DNA of 9,220 bases from the IMG/VR virus record IMGVR_UViG_3300039367_000033, positions 1-9,220 of that record. The stretch is one strand, 5' to 3'. Position 1 is the first letter of the stretch; each line of letters starts with the position of its first letter. Shown in pieces: positions 7,482 through 9,220 of this stretch. A program made the translations under genes and the position numbers. The notes under the pieces are model-generated. The model saw nothing but the letters and a program-made list of their open reading frames with translations. It made no database searches and was not told where the DNA came from. Source of the stretch: a virus. Taxonomy: Duplodnaviria; Heunggongvirae; Uroviricota; Caudoviricetes.

Positions 7482-8065
7482 TGGTTGCCTCCTTTGCGAA
7501 GCTGGGCGGCTAACTCATCACATATGTGCGTCAAAGAACAAAGTTTGATTGATGGATGTTCGCGCATCATCTCTACCCCCTGCGCCCGCACTTCAGACAG
7601 GAAAGCATCGGTGGCTGGCATATTTCCTGTTGCCTTCATTGCTTCCAAAATAACCAGAACGCCATCTCGCCCAATCTCCTCGCAGATAACCTCGGTGCTG
7701 TCGCCAACAACATCGCAAAATGCCTGAACTGCTTTACGAGCCAGCGCATTCTCCGCCACCAGCGCCGCGAGATTAGTCTCAAGCTCTGCAATTCGACACA
7801 TAGCATCAATATTTGTGTCCTCCAGGCGCTTAATTTCACCAAGCAGCTCCAGTGCAACCTTTGGGTTGAACGCGGCAACATGACGAGCGTTGTTCTCTGC
7901 ATTTTTCTGTCCATCAAAGCCGGTCCATTTGATAACGTCTTCACATCGTTCATCACCGGGCGTGTGCACCGCATAAGTACCAGTATCCGTCGAAATAAAT
8001 GCGACCCATTCGTCTGGTGTTGCCTTTTCTGCCGCCTCACGCAGTACCTGATAGTCAATTGTCAT
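7478..8065 (-). CDS. Ea22-like early phage protein, paralog 2 (195 aa; 198 aa if the ATG at 8072-8074 is used)
   Basis: N-terminus MTIDYQVLREAAEKAT and NARHVAAFNPKVALELLGE align with paralog 1. ATG at 8063-8065 overlaps the upstream TGA (ATGA), with AAGGA 8 nt upstream. Confidence 0.75.
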   Translation of the reverse strand: MTIDYQVLREAAEKATPDEWVAFISTDTGTYAVHTPGDERCEDVIKWTGFDGQKNAENNARHVAAFNPKVALELLGEIKRLEDTNIDAMCRIAELETNLAALVAENALARKAVQAFCDVVGDSTEVICEEIGRDGVLVILEAMKATGNMPATDAFLSEVRAQGVEMMREHPSIKLCSLTHICDELAAQLRKGGNQ

Positions 8066-8706
8066 TCTCGCCATCCTTCACAGTTGTAATCACTACAGCC
8101 TTCAAAATCATATGGGCTGTACTGCCAGGTTATTTTTCCGCAATGCGGACAATTCCAACGCACCTTCCCGCTTCGCGACTTCTTTCTTCTGTTCTGCTCT
8201 TTCAACCAGTCAGGCATGACCAAACCTGCGCCCTGAACCATTGTTCTGCGGTTAAAGTTATTGATATTGAACGTCCGGCGCTTTGCTGCATCAGCAATGG
8301 AAAATGGCAACCAAACTATTCCTGGTTCGTTTTTGTTGGCGACGCTAAAGATGGTCGCTTTACTGAAGTCATCTGTTGGCAATCCACCGTGTTGAAGCCA
8401 GTAAACATCATTGCCGTTCCAGCTACCTTTTTTGTAGGCCACATACGCAGTGCAATCTGACTCAATCAGGCTTTCTGTAGGGATGTACTGGCAATCAACG
8501 TGCCACACTGCCATTGCATCCACGCTATCCGCGCAAACAGGCTGATCGATATCTCGCCCACAATTCCAGGCTTTTTGGGCTTCTTCCAGCGTGTAAACAT
8601 GAGCGCGATCGATATCAGAACTGTAACCATTGCCGTTATGGCAATGGAATGAGGCGTTATTACCCACAGTTTCACGCAAGCACATCATGTAAAAACGGTT
8701 ACTCAC
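8062..8706 (-). CDS. hypothetical Cys/His-rich phage protein with C-terminal zinc-ribbon-like motif (214 aa)
   Basis: GTG at 8704-8706 overlaps the upstream TGA (GTGA), AAGGAGG 6 nt upstream; C-terminal CPHC-(x16)-CSDYNC; the longer TTG-initiated ORF 8062..8742 is rejected. No family recognised. Confidence 0.7.
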   Translation of the reverse strand: MSNRFYMMCLRETVGNNASFHCHNGNGYSSDIDRAHVYTLEEAQKAWNCGRDIDQPVCADSVDAMAVWHVDCQYIPTESLIESDCTAYVAYKKGSWNGNDVYWLQHGGLPTDDFSKATIFSVANKNEPGIVWLPFSIADAAKRRTFNINNFNRRTMVQGAGLVMPDWLKEQNRRKKSRSGKVRWNCPHCGKITWQYSPYDFEGCSDYNCEGWRE

Positions 8707-8942
8707 TGGATGCCTCCTTGGTGGAGTTGCGCTGCGATGCACGAAAAAAAAGACTCCCGTGTATGACTGTTAAGAGCTGGTGCGAACGCCTCGTTAAGAA
8801 CGGCGGCATCACAGCCGTCATCAATATAGAGCGCAATTTTTTTCTCCAGGCGCGCTTTGGCTTCCTGCAACTGCATACCCCGGCACGCACGCGGGATATA
8901 ATCAGCAATTTGAGCGATAGCTTTTTCGTTCTGTTTAAACAT
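8703..8942 (-). CDS. hypothetical phage protein (79 aa)
   Basis: ATG at 8940-8942 with GAGGTG upstream; overlaps the upstream gene end by 8 nt (ATGTTTAA). Confidence 0.65.
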   Translation of the reverse strand: MFKQNEKAIAQIADYIPRACRGMQLQEAKARLEKKIALYIDDGCDAAVLNEAFAPALNSHTRESFFSCIAAQLHQGGIQ

Positions 8943-9138
8943 GCTTCACCTCGATAGGCTTGATGGTGTCTAACAGCAGTCGGCGGCGCGTATTTTCTGC
9001 AAAATGGCGGCGTCCAGTTTCTTTGTGGTAAAACTCGTTTTTGCCAACGACCCACATCCGCTTTGTCTGGTGCAGTTTTTTTACCTGCGGACCGTCTCGG
9101 GTGATAACAATTCCTGTATGAGTTTTTATCACGCTCAT
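8935..9138 (-). CDS. hypothetical basic phage protein (67 aa)
   Basis: ATG at 9136-9138 overlaps a TGA that closes an open frame entering from the right window edge (ATGA); no clear SD, so expression probably depends on coupling. Confidence 0.6.
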   Translation of the reverse strand: MSVIKTHTGIVITRDGPQVKKLHQTKRMWVVGKNEFYHKETGRRHFAENTRRRLLLDTIKPIEVKHV

Positions 9139-9220
9139 TTTTTATTCTTCGGTGCTTTCGGCATTACTGCCCAGTGAGTGATATTGACGTTTTCAAGGTC
9201 CCCGACCTGAAATGTCCACA
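9135..9220 (-). CDS. 3' end of a further phage gene entering from the right edge (partial)
   Basis: A minus-strand frame is open from the window edge to TGA at 9135-9137 (...VGDLENVNITHWAVMPKAPKNKK*). A second frame is open to a TAA at 9164-9166, so the frame choice is uncertain. Confidence 0.3.
   Translation of the reverse strand, partial: WTFQVGDLENVNITHWAVMPKAPKNKK

Larger units (their letters stand above)
2660..9220. mobile_element. left arm of a lambdoid prophage inserted in mlrA (attL side; continues beyond the right window edge)
   Basis: Integrase gene abuts the truncated mlrA; 16 or more co-oriented, overlapping minus-strand genes with lambda-like int / xis / Ea22-like early-left layout. 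The exact att core cannot be defined without attR. Confidence 0.85.

Noticed and set aside
5300-8742. TTG- or GTG-extended N-termini given by the ORF track for 5300..5875, 6254..6535 and 8062..8742
   Set aside because: The extensions lack SD sequences and would overlap the upstream coupled genes; internal ATG or GTG codons with strong SDs at the conserved junction motifs are the better starts.
7556-8957. Plus-strand ORFs 7556..8089 (177 aa), 7999..8460 (153 aa) and 8514..8957 (147 aa)
   Set aside because: Each lies antisense to and fully overlapped by minus-strand genes with SD-supported, translationally coupled starts; they have no SD of their own and read as low-complexity sequence.
2660-9220. 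Calling this specifically a Shiga-toxin (Stx) prophage
   Set aside because: Integration at mlrA/yehV is compatible with Stx-converting phages, but no stx, Q, or lysis genes are in the window; only a lambdoid prophage can be supported.
1-9220. CRISPR arrays, tRNA or rRNA genes, insertion sequences
   Set aside because: No regularly spaced direct repeats, no tRNA-like sequence near the att junction (the integration target is a protein-coding gene), and no transposase-like ORF or terminal inverted repeats were seen.

Overview
The window spans a chromosome-prophage junction in an Escherichia-type genome. The left ~2.6 kb is chromosomal: a partial upstream gene, an ABC ATPase gene whose 3' part looks like yehX, the permease gene yehW, a small yohO-like gene on the opposite strand, and mlrA (yehV) on the minus strand. 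mlrA has lost its 5' end where a lambdoid prophage is inserted (junction about nt 2655-2700). The remaining ~6.5 kb is the prophage left arm, all on the minus strand: a tyrosine integrase, an excisionase-like gene, and about 14 tightly packed small genes joined by overlapping stop/start codons. These include a DUF551-like protein, a putative PD-(D/E)xK nuclease-like protein, two Ea22-like paralogs and several Cys-rich proteins. Most phage products are of unknown function. The most notable observations are an exact 18-bp gene-junction motif present three times, a sharp GC-content break inside the ABC ATPase ORF, and two short SD-supported ORFs absent from the ORF track. No rRNA, tRNA, CRISPR array or toxin gene was seen. 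All family assignments are from reading motifs by eye and from memory; none were checked against databases.
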